From Camelus ferus (Eukaryota), in the NCBI RefSeq assembly GCF_009834535.1, contig NC_045696.1, forward strand, positions 45,014,001-45,078,000: a stretch of 64,000 bases of DNA, in the 5' to 3' direction. Shown in pieces: positions 53,257-64,000 of the stretch. A program made the translations under genes and the position numbers. Within the stretch, counting starts at the first letter, position 1; each line of letters begins with the position of its first letter. Under the pieces are notes generated by a model that saw only the letters and a list, made by a program, of their open reading frames with translations, made no database searches and was not told the DNA's origin.

Positions 53257-55499
53257 CTTAGGAAATGGACACAAAGCAAGCATGTGTTAAATTTTAATCA
53301 TTATTACTAGTATTAGTTGCACCACCAACTTACTATTATTATCATTATTCATTATCATCATCAAGAGTAGCAGCTGAAAGGCTAGGACCCTCTTCTCTCT
53401 GTCAATATGAGTAAGTAAACGACTATGGATAAAGGATCAAACACACTACTTAGAAGTTGTATTCCTACCTCACAAAGTATTTTTACACTGGAAACTTAAA
53501 ATTTACATCCTCTGTATTTTCTCTGATACTAAAACAAACTAAACAAAAGAGGTTTTTAGAAGAAATCTGGACTATACTAAATGAAAAGTAGCCTACTCAC
53601 ATTTGGATCAGAAGGAATTTAATTTCTAAAACATTTATTTAGATAACCGCACAATGAACTGAACTGTGAAAATATCATTAGGCTAATCCGCCGATTTATA
53701 CTGACAAAGGACTTAATTTCTACCAGTCTTAAATGCTCACTCAAAGGTAAAGAATCCCCTTTATGTTATATGTACATAGAATGTAAGCAAAGGCCTGAAA
53801 TATTTATAGGCTGTATAGCAGTTTTTTAATTGAGCTGCCATGTAAATCACATTTTCTAAATACGATTTCACACAACTAGACTTGACATATGTCTAGATAA
53901 GAAGTCATCTTGGATTTTGGCTTGTCTAGTCCTAGTCACTGGCATCTCTGTTTAAAAGTCAAGCACTGTTAATAATCTTTTACTTATCAACACTAAAGTA
54001 TACACACTGGTTTTTTTTTAAAGCATAATTCTTCAGGTCTTCAGCTGTACCTAAACAATCACTATAGTAATCTTGAGAAGACATTTAAAGATACTGCTAA
54101 GATTATTGTACATGTCTACCCATATGAATAACTCAAATTTAGTGAAATAGTTATCCAATAGATATATTGCTATCCCTAAGACTTGTAGGATTTATTTTAT
54201 ATACTAAGCACAAGAATCAATCATTATTCCTCTCCTGGTGATACCTATCACTTAAAACTTAATAGAAATAAAAGAACTCAAATTAAAAAATTTTTTTAAT
54301 ATTTGAGTTAAATATAAGAATGATGGAAGAAGGATCATGTATTAACTTATGAAAATTTTATTTCCTGCTTAATTATTGATGCTTAATTATTCATGCTTAA
54401 TCAAGTATTTCTTAAGGAATCAAATGCTAAGAGGGAAAGAAAAAAGCTACAAATAATCCACAAAGATTAGGCTGTAAAAGCAGCACCAGCTGATCTCTTA
54501 TTTTCCAGCATATCTTAGGATGCAGCTCACTGCTTCTCTAAAGTCTAGCTTGTTAGCACAGAAGTCAGTTCTGTTTTTCAGAATAACTTTATATGCACAG
54601 AAATTCTGATCTACATATATGGAATTCCAGTGACTTTAAACAAAGTTTATTCACTCAGTAAATAATGTTTGAGGCTCTGTTATGATCTGCCAGTATACTC
54701 AGCAATGAGGACAGTAAGATGAAAACCAGCCATCCCTGCCCTCCAAGAGTTTATCACCTCAGTGAGTAATTACATATAAAAACGCACAACTACAATACAG
54801 TGTACTCATACAAATGAAGTACATTCAAGGTGCTTCAGCGACACAAGAGCTCAAGGAAACATGTGCTCAACTCTGGGCCTCCCAAATGGGGTGAAGAGAG
54901 GCAGAGAAAGGCAGCAGAAGAAGCTGCCAGGTAAAAGCAGCAAGCCTGGTAGATGAAGGCATATGCAGTGTAGATCAGTCTGGCACTACGACAGCCCGCA
55001 GGGTCAGAAGTGCGGTATACTCAGGAATGAGACCGCTAGGGCAGCAAGGACCCGCTGCAGATAGTAAATCCTCTCTCCAGGCAGGCCTGCCCATTGTACC
55101 AGCACGGCCCCTGCCATCCACCCAGGCTGCTCAAGGATGCAGAGGCTCACATAGCCAACCTTGATTCCATCCAGGGGGAGTTTGAAAAAGAAAACCACTT
55201 TCAATAAAATGAATCACAAGGCATAATTTAATAAGTAGAAATTCTTAGATCTTTATCCAAATTAAAAAGCTTTCATTGAAGAGTTCTCTGTTGTAAGACA
55301 ATAATTGAATTTTGAGGGTTTCTTCCCTGTGTCCTTGATGAAAAATAATCTAGATTTAACAAATTGAGAAAACAAGCAAAAGAAAACAATAGCACTCAGA
55401 GAGGAAGGCTCCAGGAGCCTGAGTCTCAGAAGCAGATGTTCCACTCTGGCAGACTCCCAGCCCCTGGTGTATTACCATTTGAAACACACTCAGAGATTG

Positions 55500-55625
55500 C
55501 ATTGCAAATGCACATCTGAAAAGATGTGTTTCCATTTCCAAATACCACAGTAATTCCCTCACTTCCAGAAATGAGTCACCAGATAAATATTTAGCACAGT
55601 AAAGACATATATCCTTTTTCCATGA
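55500..55625. promoter_or_regulatory. Candidate lymphocyte-activation intronic enhancer
   Basis: Motif cluster only: E-box, two tandem TTTCCA (NFAT), ACCACA (RUNX), CACTTCC (ETS), GAAATGAGTCA (AICE2) and AGATAA (GATA) within ~75 bp. Confidence 0.4.
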
Positions 55626-56254
55626 TCTAAAGTAGAACAACACTGAGCTGACTAACCCCAACCCCAAACACAACATCACCAATAATCCATCCAATACCAT
55701 CCCACCAGGTGACATTCTCAGAGTTAATTCTCTGGGTAGGGAGACTCTGCCAAAGCTCTCAAGAATAAGACCCATTTGATTCCACTGAAAGCACTGCAAC
55801 CTACTGTTTAAAAATGGACTGTAGTTAAGCAATACATTTTTCCATTAAGTTTTATGGTGCTTGATGTATTTTCTGTGTCAAAATCTGTCACAAAAATCTG
55901 TTTCTCAGAAATCTGTTTGGTACTACACACATGTGAATGTGGTACCACATGGAGATATCTGCCAATAGCGATACAGAGCCCAGCATTTGGTTTCTGACCA
56001 GTAACAATTTCTGGTATGTTGGTTGGTAGATTTAATTTGGATCCTATTAATATCTATGATTAATCACAGTTTTCCCCATAATACACCTATAATACATATA
56101 CCACAGGGAACACTGAAGTATATCTTCATTGTGAATAGCATTTTCATAGTCAAGTATAAAGAAAGATGAAACAAGAAGAATGAATGAATGATAATAGTGA
56201 GTCTTACCTTCGGTTTGGTATTCAAGATCCAGGGCAGAGAACAAAAATATCTAA

Positions 56255-56431
56255 CAATCTTGCTCAAAATCTGGTCTTTGGGCCAGCAGCTTAAACATCA
56301 CTTCACAGATTGTGGAAATGCAGACTCTCAGGCCTCACCCTAATCTGCTGACTCAGAATCTGCACTGTGAGAAGCCCCCCCACCTCTCCCTAAGTGATTC
56401 ATGTGCAAGTTTAATACCTGAAAAGCACTGG
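56255..56431. mobile_element. MER5A1-like hAT-Charlie element
   Basis: tgctcaaa...gccagcagc...catcac...gaaatgcagactctcaggcctcaccc...tgactcagaatctgca...gtgattcatgtgca...tgaaaagcactg. Confidence 0.75.
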
Positions 56432-58172
56432 GTTAGCAGGAAACCTCAAAAGATATTTTATTTTTCATTGTTCTGCCTCTAGGTAAAACTGCATCTAAAG
56501 CAAACTCAAGATCTAAATACCTTTATTAAGATTTGTAAAAGAGAACCCATTCTGCTTCCCCAAGCCACATATCTATCAGTCCCTCTCATGACACTGCCAA
56601 TATGCTGGGAGTCACGGTCATCATTACTGGGCTGGAACATCATTGTTTTAGAGTGATTTAGCTTCTCATCTGGGACAGACCTCAAGGTTAAGCACTGATG
56701 GGACTTTCATTTCTCATCCCTCTTGCTCAATAATCCTAAAGAACTCGCCCCTCGTCCTTGATGGCCCCATCCTGGGACAGCCTGTACTTTTCACATTTGT
56801 AAATATCACCATCAGACTGATAATAACCTCATCACCACACCCCAGTCCACCTCCCACATCTCTGCCCTGGGAGAGGAACTCAGTTCTTCTGATTGGTTAA
56901 CACAATGTCAGAGGTCAGGGAGTGGGCTTTCTTCCTCTCATTACAGGAAACAGAAGACAACCACACACATCACTAGCTCAGTGTACGTGTGGCTCACCTA
57001 TGCCTAATTTTTTAAAAGTAGCAAATTAGTTCTCCCTTCAGTAATCTCCCTCTACCACCATTAACCTTTGAGATCTCTAAATGCAAGCAATTCATCTGCT
57101 AGGTTTGGTTCTATCTCCTTAAGAAGAGCAAGGGGGAAAAAAAAGGCCTGCCAGCTGAGAAATAAAAAATATCTTCTCCAAATGCCACTAAGGTGCTTTT
57201 TCCACCTAGAACTGAGTCTTGTCACTGGCTCTATATTTCCTTGTAAATTAATAATTAAAGAACAATCAGGGCCTGTCTGCCTACCCACCAGCATAAATAT
57301 CCTTGGAAAATGTCAATCAAGGCTGGCTGACTAATTCTATCATGAGACCCTCAAATCAGAAAAAGATCTTGGCACTGCCTGTGGTGGAGTGATGAACGCA
57401 ACACCATGGGCTGGAACGAGGCCAGGGAGTGCAGGAGTTTGAAAGGAGCAGCTGTGGAAGCCTCGGGATGATGCTGCCCCATTCTGGCACCTGAGAGAGG
57501 AAAGTGAAAGGCAGGGAGAGGCTCTCTGCAGAGCGTGTAAGCACACCCAGCACCTCTGAGAGGCCAGCCTGCAGTAGTAAATCGAAGTAGTTAATTGCTC
57601 AAATTAACGAAGGGGCTCTGAAAAACTGATGCTGCTAGCCTTTTCAAGATAAAGGGACTGATGATGGAAGGTTTATAGAATAAACCACTGGTTTCCAGAT
57701 GCTTTTCTTTAAAAGAATACATCTTCAAATATTTAACTTGAAATGCTTAACACTTAAGAACAAAAATAGGGGACACTAACAGAGGATTACTACTTATTTT
57801 ACCAAAAGGGCATTAATGCCAAACCTATCTCTGACACTAAATAACATTTTCACACCACAAGAGCAAGAGGCACACAATTTCAGAACAAAAAGGGTATTTC
57901 TTTAAATTGAATAAATGTAACTTCCTAAGAGACTCCTCAAATCCCTGCTGTAACTTCCAGTCCCAGGCCACATGTAAGTCTGAGGAAGTCCTGACAGGGA
58001 CAGTTCAGATAATCGTGCAGAGTCTACAAGACTCCCCCTGCAGTACCCCCTCGTGCCTCTAATCACAATGAACTGAGCCAGGAACACACTAGAAGCTTTG
58101 AAAAAGAAATGAAGCAAAAAGTGAAAAAAAGAATTCTCACAAAAATGAATTAAATACAGCCTGCTAATAAGT

Positions 58173-59990
58173 AACACAGATAGCTATAAAACATTGACCA
58201 AGGAAATTAAAGACGACTTAAAAAAATGGAAAGATATCCCATGCTCCTGGATTGGAAGAATCAATACTGTTAAAATGGTCACACTGCCCAAGGCAATTAC
58301 AGATTTAATGCAATCCCTATCAAATTACCCAGGACATATTTCACAGAACTAGAACAAATCATAATATAATTTATATGGAATCACAAAAGACCTAGAATTG
58401 CCAAAGCATTACTGAAGAAAAAGAAAGGCTGGAGGAATAACTCTCTCAGACTTCAGACAATACTATAGAGCTACAGTCATCAAGACAGCATGGTATTGGT
58501 ACAAAAACAGACATAGGGACCAATGGAACAGAATAGAGCCCAGAAATGAACCCACAAACTTTTGGTCAACTAATACTCAACAAAGGAGGCAAGAACATAC
58601 ACTGGAATAAAGACAGTCTCTTCAGCAAATGGTGTTGGGAAAACTGGGCAGCAGCATGTAAAGCAATGAAGCTAGAACACTACCTAAAACCATACACAAA
58701 AACAAACTCAAAATGGATCAAACACTTAAACATAAGACAAGATAAAATAAACCTCCTAGAAGAAATTATAGGCCAAACATTATCTGACATACATCTCAAA
58801 AATGTTCTCCTAGGGCAGTCTACACAAGCAAGAAATAAAAGCAAGAATAAACAAATGGGACCTGATGAAACTTACAAGCTTCTGCACAGCAAAGGAAACC
58901 ATAAGCAAAACAAAAAGAAAACCTATGAAATGGGGGAAAATTTTTGCAGAAGGTGAAACTGACAAAAGCTTGATCTCCAGAATATATAAGCAGCTCACAT
59001 GACTTAAGAAAAAAACCAAACAACCCAATCCAAAAAATGGGCAGAAGACCTAAACAAGTAATTCTCCAAGGAAGACACACAAATGATCAATAGGCACATG
59101 AAAAAATACTCAATATCACTAATTATCAGAGACAGAGACATGCAAATTAAAACTACAATGAAGTATCACCTCACACCAGTCAGAACAGCCATCATTCAAA
59201 AGTCCACAAATGACAAATGCTGGAGAGGCTATGGAGAAAAGGGAACCCTCCTATACTGCTGGTGGGAATGCAGTTTGGTGCAGCCACTGTGGAAAACAGT
59301 ATGGAGATTCCTCAAAAGACTAGGAATAGACTTACCATATGACCCAGGAATCCCACTCCTGGGCATATATCCAGAAGGAACCCTAATTCAAAATGACACC
59401 TGCACCCCAATGTTCATAGCAGCACTATTTACAATAGCCAAGACATGGAAACAGCCTAAATGTCCATCAACAGATTACTGGACAAAGATGTTGTATATTT
59501 GTACAATGGAATACTATTCAGCCATAAAACATGACAACATAACGCCATTTGCAGCAACATGGATGTACCTGGAGAGTATCATTCTAAGTGAAGTAAGGCA
59601 GAAAGAGAAATACCACATGAGATCGCTCATATGTGGAATCTAAAAAAAGAAAGAAAAAGAAAAAGAGAAATGAACATAAATACAAAACAGAAACAGACTC
59701 ACAGACATACAGTACAAACTTGTGGTTGCCAGGGCGTGGGGAGTGGGAAGGGACAGACTGGGATTTCAAAATCTGTAGATACTGACAGGTATATATAGAA
59801 TAGATAAACAAATGTATACTGTATAGCACAGGGAAATGTATACAAGATCTTGTGGGAGCTCATGGTGAAAAAGTATGTGACAATGAATATATGTATGTTC
59901 GTGTATAACTGAAAAATTGTGCTCTACACTGGAAATTGACACAACATTGTAAACTGACTATAACTCAATAAAATAGAATTTAAAAAAAAT
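58173..59990 (+). mobile_element. Relatively young 5'-truncated LINE-1 (ORF2 C-terminal region, 3'UTR, A tail); non-functional
   Basis: ORFs 58546-58956 and 59083-59643 give L1 ORF2 peptides ([54 protein letters not shown]), broken by frameshifts. The CCHC motif is degraded ([18 protein letters not shown]). TSD agcctgctaataagt (58158-58172) / agcccgctaataagt (59991-60005). Confidence 0.97.
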
Positions 59991-60849
59991 AGCCCGCTAA
60001 TAAGTGGGTATTATTCACCTATGAGATATTAGCTCATTTTTTTTCCAACTCTGGAAATGATTTGCAAATACAGATTATACATGGGAAAAGACCATGAGGA
60101 AAAAAAGAATGGACTATTAAAATATACACAGCCAGCACTAAAAATAAGACCAATGTAATTCATTTGATCCAACTGAAAGTTTAACACAAAATATAAAGAT
60201 TCTTTGGACATGAAAGTTGAAGTGATCAAATTACTTGGAGAGTAAAATCAAATATTTTCTATTAAATGTCATGACAACTGTTACCACATTAAATTGATGA
60301 CTTTTCTTCCCCGGGTCTTATGTGGATTATACTACTACTAAAAGTCATCCCTACTTACTAAAAACTCCAAATAGATTTCTGCACATCCCAATATTCCTTG
60401 TGAAAATGACATGATCAGAAATTAACTTTATTAGGTAGTTTTTTTCCACCTGAGTTAGCAGTCATCACAAAACCTTACCTATGTTACATTTTTTTAGGAT
60501 GTTTTAAAATAATCACAGATACATAGAGATGAAGGCACCTTAGAAATCATATAATTATTTCTACCTTCACAGTTATAGAAATGGAACCACAACTTTAAAA
60601 GGCTGTAACAGGTCCAATGTCACAGACCAATTAGGGGCTAAAACTGTATCCTTGAACTCCTAATTATACTGAAACCACACATACATTTTGCCCCCAGTAT
60701 AAACAGGCAATACTTTCTTGTGAGCTAACCAATTAATCAACCATAATTCATTTTCATTTTTAAATGACCAAATAAGTTAATACATATAAATATGCTAAAG
60801 TATGCTGAAAATACATACATATACTCTACTAACAGTAAACAGAATACAT

Positions 60850-61150
60850 GCATACCTTATGACCCTGCAATTTCACTCTAAGGTATACATCTCCATTGGA
60901 AATGCATGCATATGTGCACCAAAAGACATGTTCTAGAACCTTCACCACAACACTACTCAAGCCAAAACTACTCAAATATCCATCCAGAGCAGAAGGGATA
61001 AAACTGTGAAACAGTCATAAAATGGAACACTAAACAGTAATGAAAATGAACAAACTTCAATCACATGTAGTAGTAAGGATGACTTTCAATCATAATGTTG
61101 AGCAAAGGAAATCACACTCAGAAGTATATACCATAAGATTTCACTTCTTA
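60850..61150 (+). mobile_element. Old L1ME-like fragment
   Basis: cataccttatgaccctgcaatttcactctaaggtatacat...gaaatgcatgcatatgtgcaccaaaagacatgt...cataatgttgagcaaa. Confidence 0.75.
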
Positions 61151-61412
61151 GGTAATACCTACTTAGTCAGATTATATGTGGCTATGTTACCATTTAAGGG
61201 TTACAGACATCCATAAATATGTAAATAGATGTGTGTTGAGTGTGTATGCAAAATATATATATTTACATATTCCCCTTCTTCCCCCCATTCTCTGGGTAAA
61301 GAAGGAGAGACTTCTGCTCTTTTCTTCACATTCACTCCTTGAAATACAAGTTTCTAACCTCAAGAGAGTAACCTCCCCCTACTGGCTACTTTTCAGTCCA
61401 AGCTTACCCCCC

Positions 61413-61796
61413 TGTAAAAAACAAGAAAACAGGTCCAAAACGGAGTTGCTGATGCTAAATTGTATGCCACCAAACTGAGACTTCATTATAGTTTCAGCAC
61501 TCCCAGAAATGGAATCTGAAATCAGTCAATCAGGAGTCACCTGATCGGCACTAGTCAAGTCATCTCCCTGATGGACCCCTACAGGAAAGGAAAGTAACCT
61601 TGAAATAACCAACCCACTTTTTTGGGCTAGTGTAACTGCCATGTTTCCACTCTCTTCTGCCTAAAGAAGTCCTTCTGTCTGCACAGCTCCTTGGAGAGCC
61701 TTTCTTTCTGCTAGATTGGATGCTGCCAGATTTGAATTGATTTTTGCTCAAATAAACTCTTGATATTTTTAGTATGCCTCAGGTTGCCTTTTAACA
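61413..61796 (+). mobile_element. ERV1-class solo LTR (MER34/MER39-like), 384 bp
   Basis: TGTAAA...TTAACA termini, 4-bp TSD CCCC (61409-61412 / 61797-61800), and an AATAAA signal at 61751-61756 shortly before the 3' end. Confidence 0.8.
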
Positions 61797-64000
61797 CCCC
61801 TAAAGCTAAACGTGGAACCGCCAGAGTCTGTGAATTAAGGATGATATAAGAGAAAGTGGTCTCATCATTTTTTTCAGCCTGCCATTGTGGATATTACTTC
61901 TGCTTGTTTTTAATAAATCTTCCTTCCACTGAAAAAATCCAATCACCAACTTCACATAACAAAGTCAGGATTTCAATAAAAATTCAGTTTTCCCAAAAGT
62001 ACTTTTGAAGTTCTGACCTAAACATGCAAAACAATGTAGGTAAAACTGGGCCTAATTTAAGCTTCTGACTTATAAATTCAGACATCGGGGCAACTTGATT
62101 TTTTTTGGTGTGAATCCTTCCTCAGGCATCCCCTAACTGTGCACACTGAAGCAGAAAGTAGAGTGGAGAATGGAAGAAGGCCCTTTCCTTCTCATTAACC
62201 TATGCAAGCTAGAGTGAGGCGGTTGTTCCCCGGCCTCCGCTGCACCCAGTGCGATGGTTACAGCACGGCAAGGGTTGGTTACTGCTCTGTGCTCTGGTAC
62301 CAGCTGAAGAGCTGGTCCAGTCCACCTGCCTCATTTGGGTCACCCCAAAACATAAGGTGAAACCATCATTAGAAGCAGTCACACATTTAGTTTTTCAAGG
62401 AGACAAACAGGTGCAGAATAATCTTAGGAAAGTATTAAACATTTCTCTTTCAAAAATGTTAGTTGAAAATTGCTGTACTGAACAAAGAGATGTAAAGCGC
62501 TGGTTAATTTTTTAAGTGGAGTTTTAAAAATACACAGACATTCCATGGCACTGCTTGAAGTCTGTCCATGTGAACTTATTACCTGTTCTAAAGTTATAAC
62601 ATATTAAAAAATAAAAAAAGTAAAATCCCATCAGCTGTTACTTGCTGTCTCTAAAACAAGACAGAAATACAGGGAGTTCAACAATGATTTCTTTCCTTCA
62701 AAGTTTCACTAAAGGATGACTAAATTTAACCCAATCCAGAGATGTGAAACATTGCTGTGTTAAATTATGAACACTCAGAAAACAAGGCGTTAGGCACAAC
62801 CTTCAGACCTCCTGTTGCAAGTCATTAACTAAAACATTTGACCCTACAGACCACAGTAAAAATAGAAATGTTATCACAAATCATACTGTTTGGGGGTTAA
62901 GAGCTGGCTGAATGGGGACTTAAGTCTGTTTTTCCCCCCCATCTGTAGTCAGAACCAGATGTTAGATATTGAGGTCAGGGGTGGGGAAGGAAACTTCCTC
63001 TTTTAAAACCCAAGAACTGCCCTGTTTTCCCCACTTACTGCTTATTTTGACTGACATGGGTTTATGCAAACATACAAGGTTTCAAATGAAAAGCTGCAGC
63101 CTAGATGTCAAAATCTCCTGTTACTGAATGTGGGGGTGGAGGGAGGTCAGGAATTTAAAGAGGTTTTTATGGTTTGGTTTCATTTTGTTTTGTTTGGGGG
63201 ATGACAGGGCATCACAGAGAAAGCCAAAAACTGACTTAAGTTGGACTCCTCAAAAGAGCACCACACAGTGGTACACAGCAGCAAGGAAGTACCCAGTTCC
63301 TTAAACAAAAAATTACATACATACATACAAATTACATCCATACAGGTCAATACTTCTAAAAAGAAGAAATGGTGAAAGGTAAAATGAGGTCTCCAGGGTG
63401 ATAATTTGTTGCTAATTTGTCAAGATCTAATCAACAACATGTCTAGATGGAAAAAGGGAATGTATAAGAATGACCAGAGTGATAAAGATGGAAATACATA
63501 GGAAAAAATGGCTGTGGGAGAAAAAAAAAACCAAAAAAACATGGTAAATAATGAGGAAGAACAAAGAAAAACAAGTTCCCCCAACTGAGAGAATGAAAAA
63601 AAGGAAAAACACCAAGAAGGAATTAACAAAATAAAGAGTAGGGAAAAGCAAACAAGGATTTAACGTAGAAGTTATAAAAGAGAACATTTACGCATGAAAA
63701 AGCTACCTTTTGGCAGTCATTACGTTTTCATTAACTACATATAATAGGCATAATTAGTACACATTGGTTAAACAGATGAAGCAATAGTTACAACACTAAG
63801 TTTTAGTGTCATATATATATATATACACACACACAGACTAGTCCCATCCACAAGTAAAACACTTCAATAAGCAAAAATAAAAAGGCATTTCAACATTTGA
63901 TCAGAAATAATATTTGTCCAATGTTACCTCTGGGTGGTAAGATTACATACATGTGATTTTATTCTACTGTTTATACTCATACTACCAAATTTTCTATAAG

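Noticed and set aside
58546..59643. 136-aa and 186-aa ORFs as a novel nested gene
   Set aside because: These are frameshifted fragments of L1 ORF2 in a 5'-truncated element.

Overview
AT-rich mammalian genomic DNA lying entirely inside the CBLB gene (Cbl-b E3 ubiquitin ligase), which is on the minus strand. tRNA-Ala-derived Vic-1-type SINEs and the young L1 3' tails suggest a camelid. Six coding exons were located by manual translation, all with canonical AG/GT boundaries and matching phases (147, 157, 122, 138, 88 and 132 bp; about exons 4-9 in human numbering as I recall it). They encode the C-terminal TKB domain (4H end, EF-hand, SH2-like), the linker helix containing the regulatory tyrosine, and most of the RING finger. 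The rest of the window is intron, filled with L1, L2, MIR, SINE, LTR and hAT-Charlie relics. Most ORFs in the supplied track are spurious or L1-derived. I see no evidence of a new coding system. The most interesting signals are candidate intronic lymphocyte enhancers (a dense NFAT/RUNX/ETS/AICE/GATA cluster near 55.5 kb and a TCF/LEF cluster near 45 kb), small CpG-rich patches, and some unusual insertion and duplication structures. Repeat subfamily names come from my memory of consensus sequences and need RepeatMasker/Dfam confirmation.
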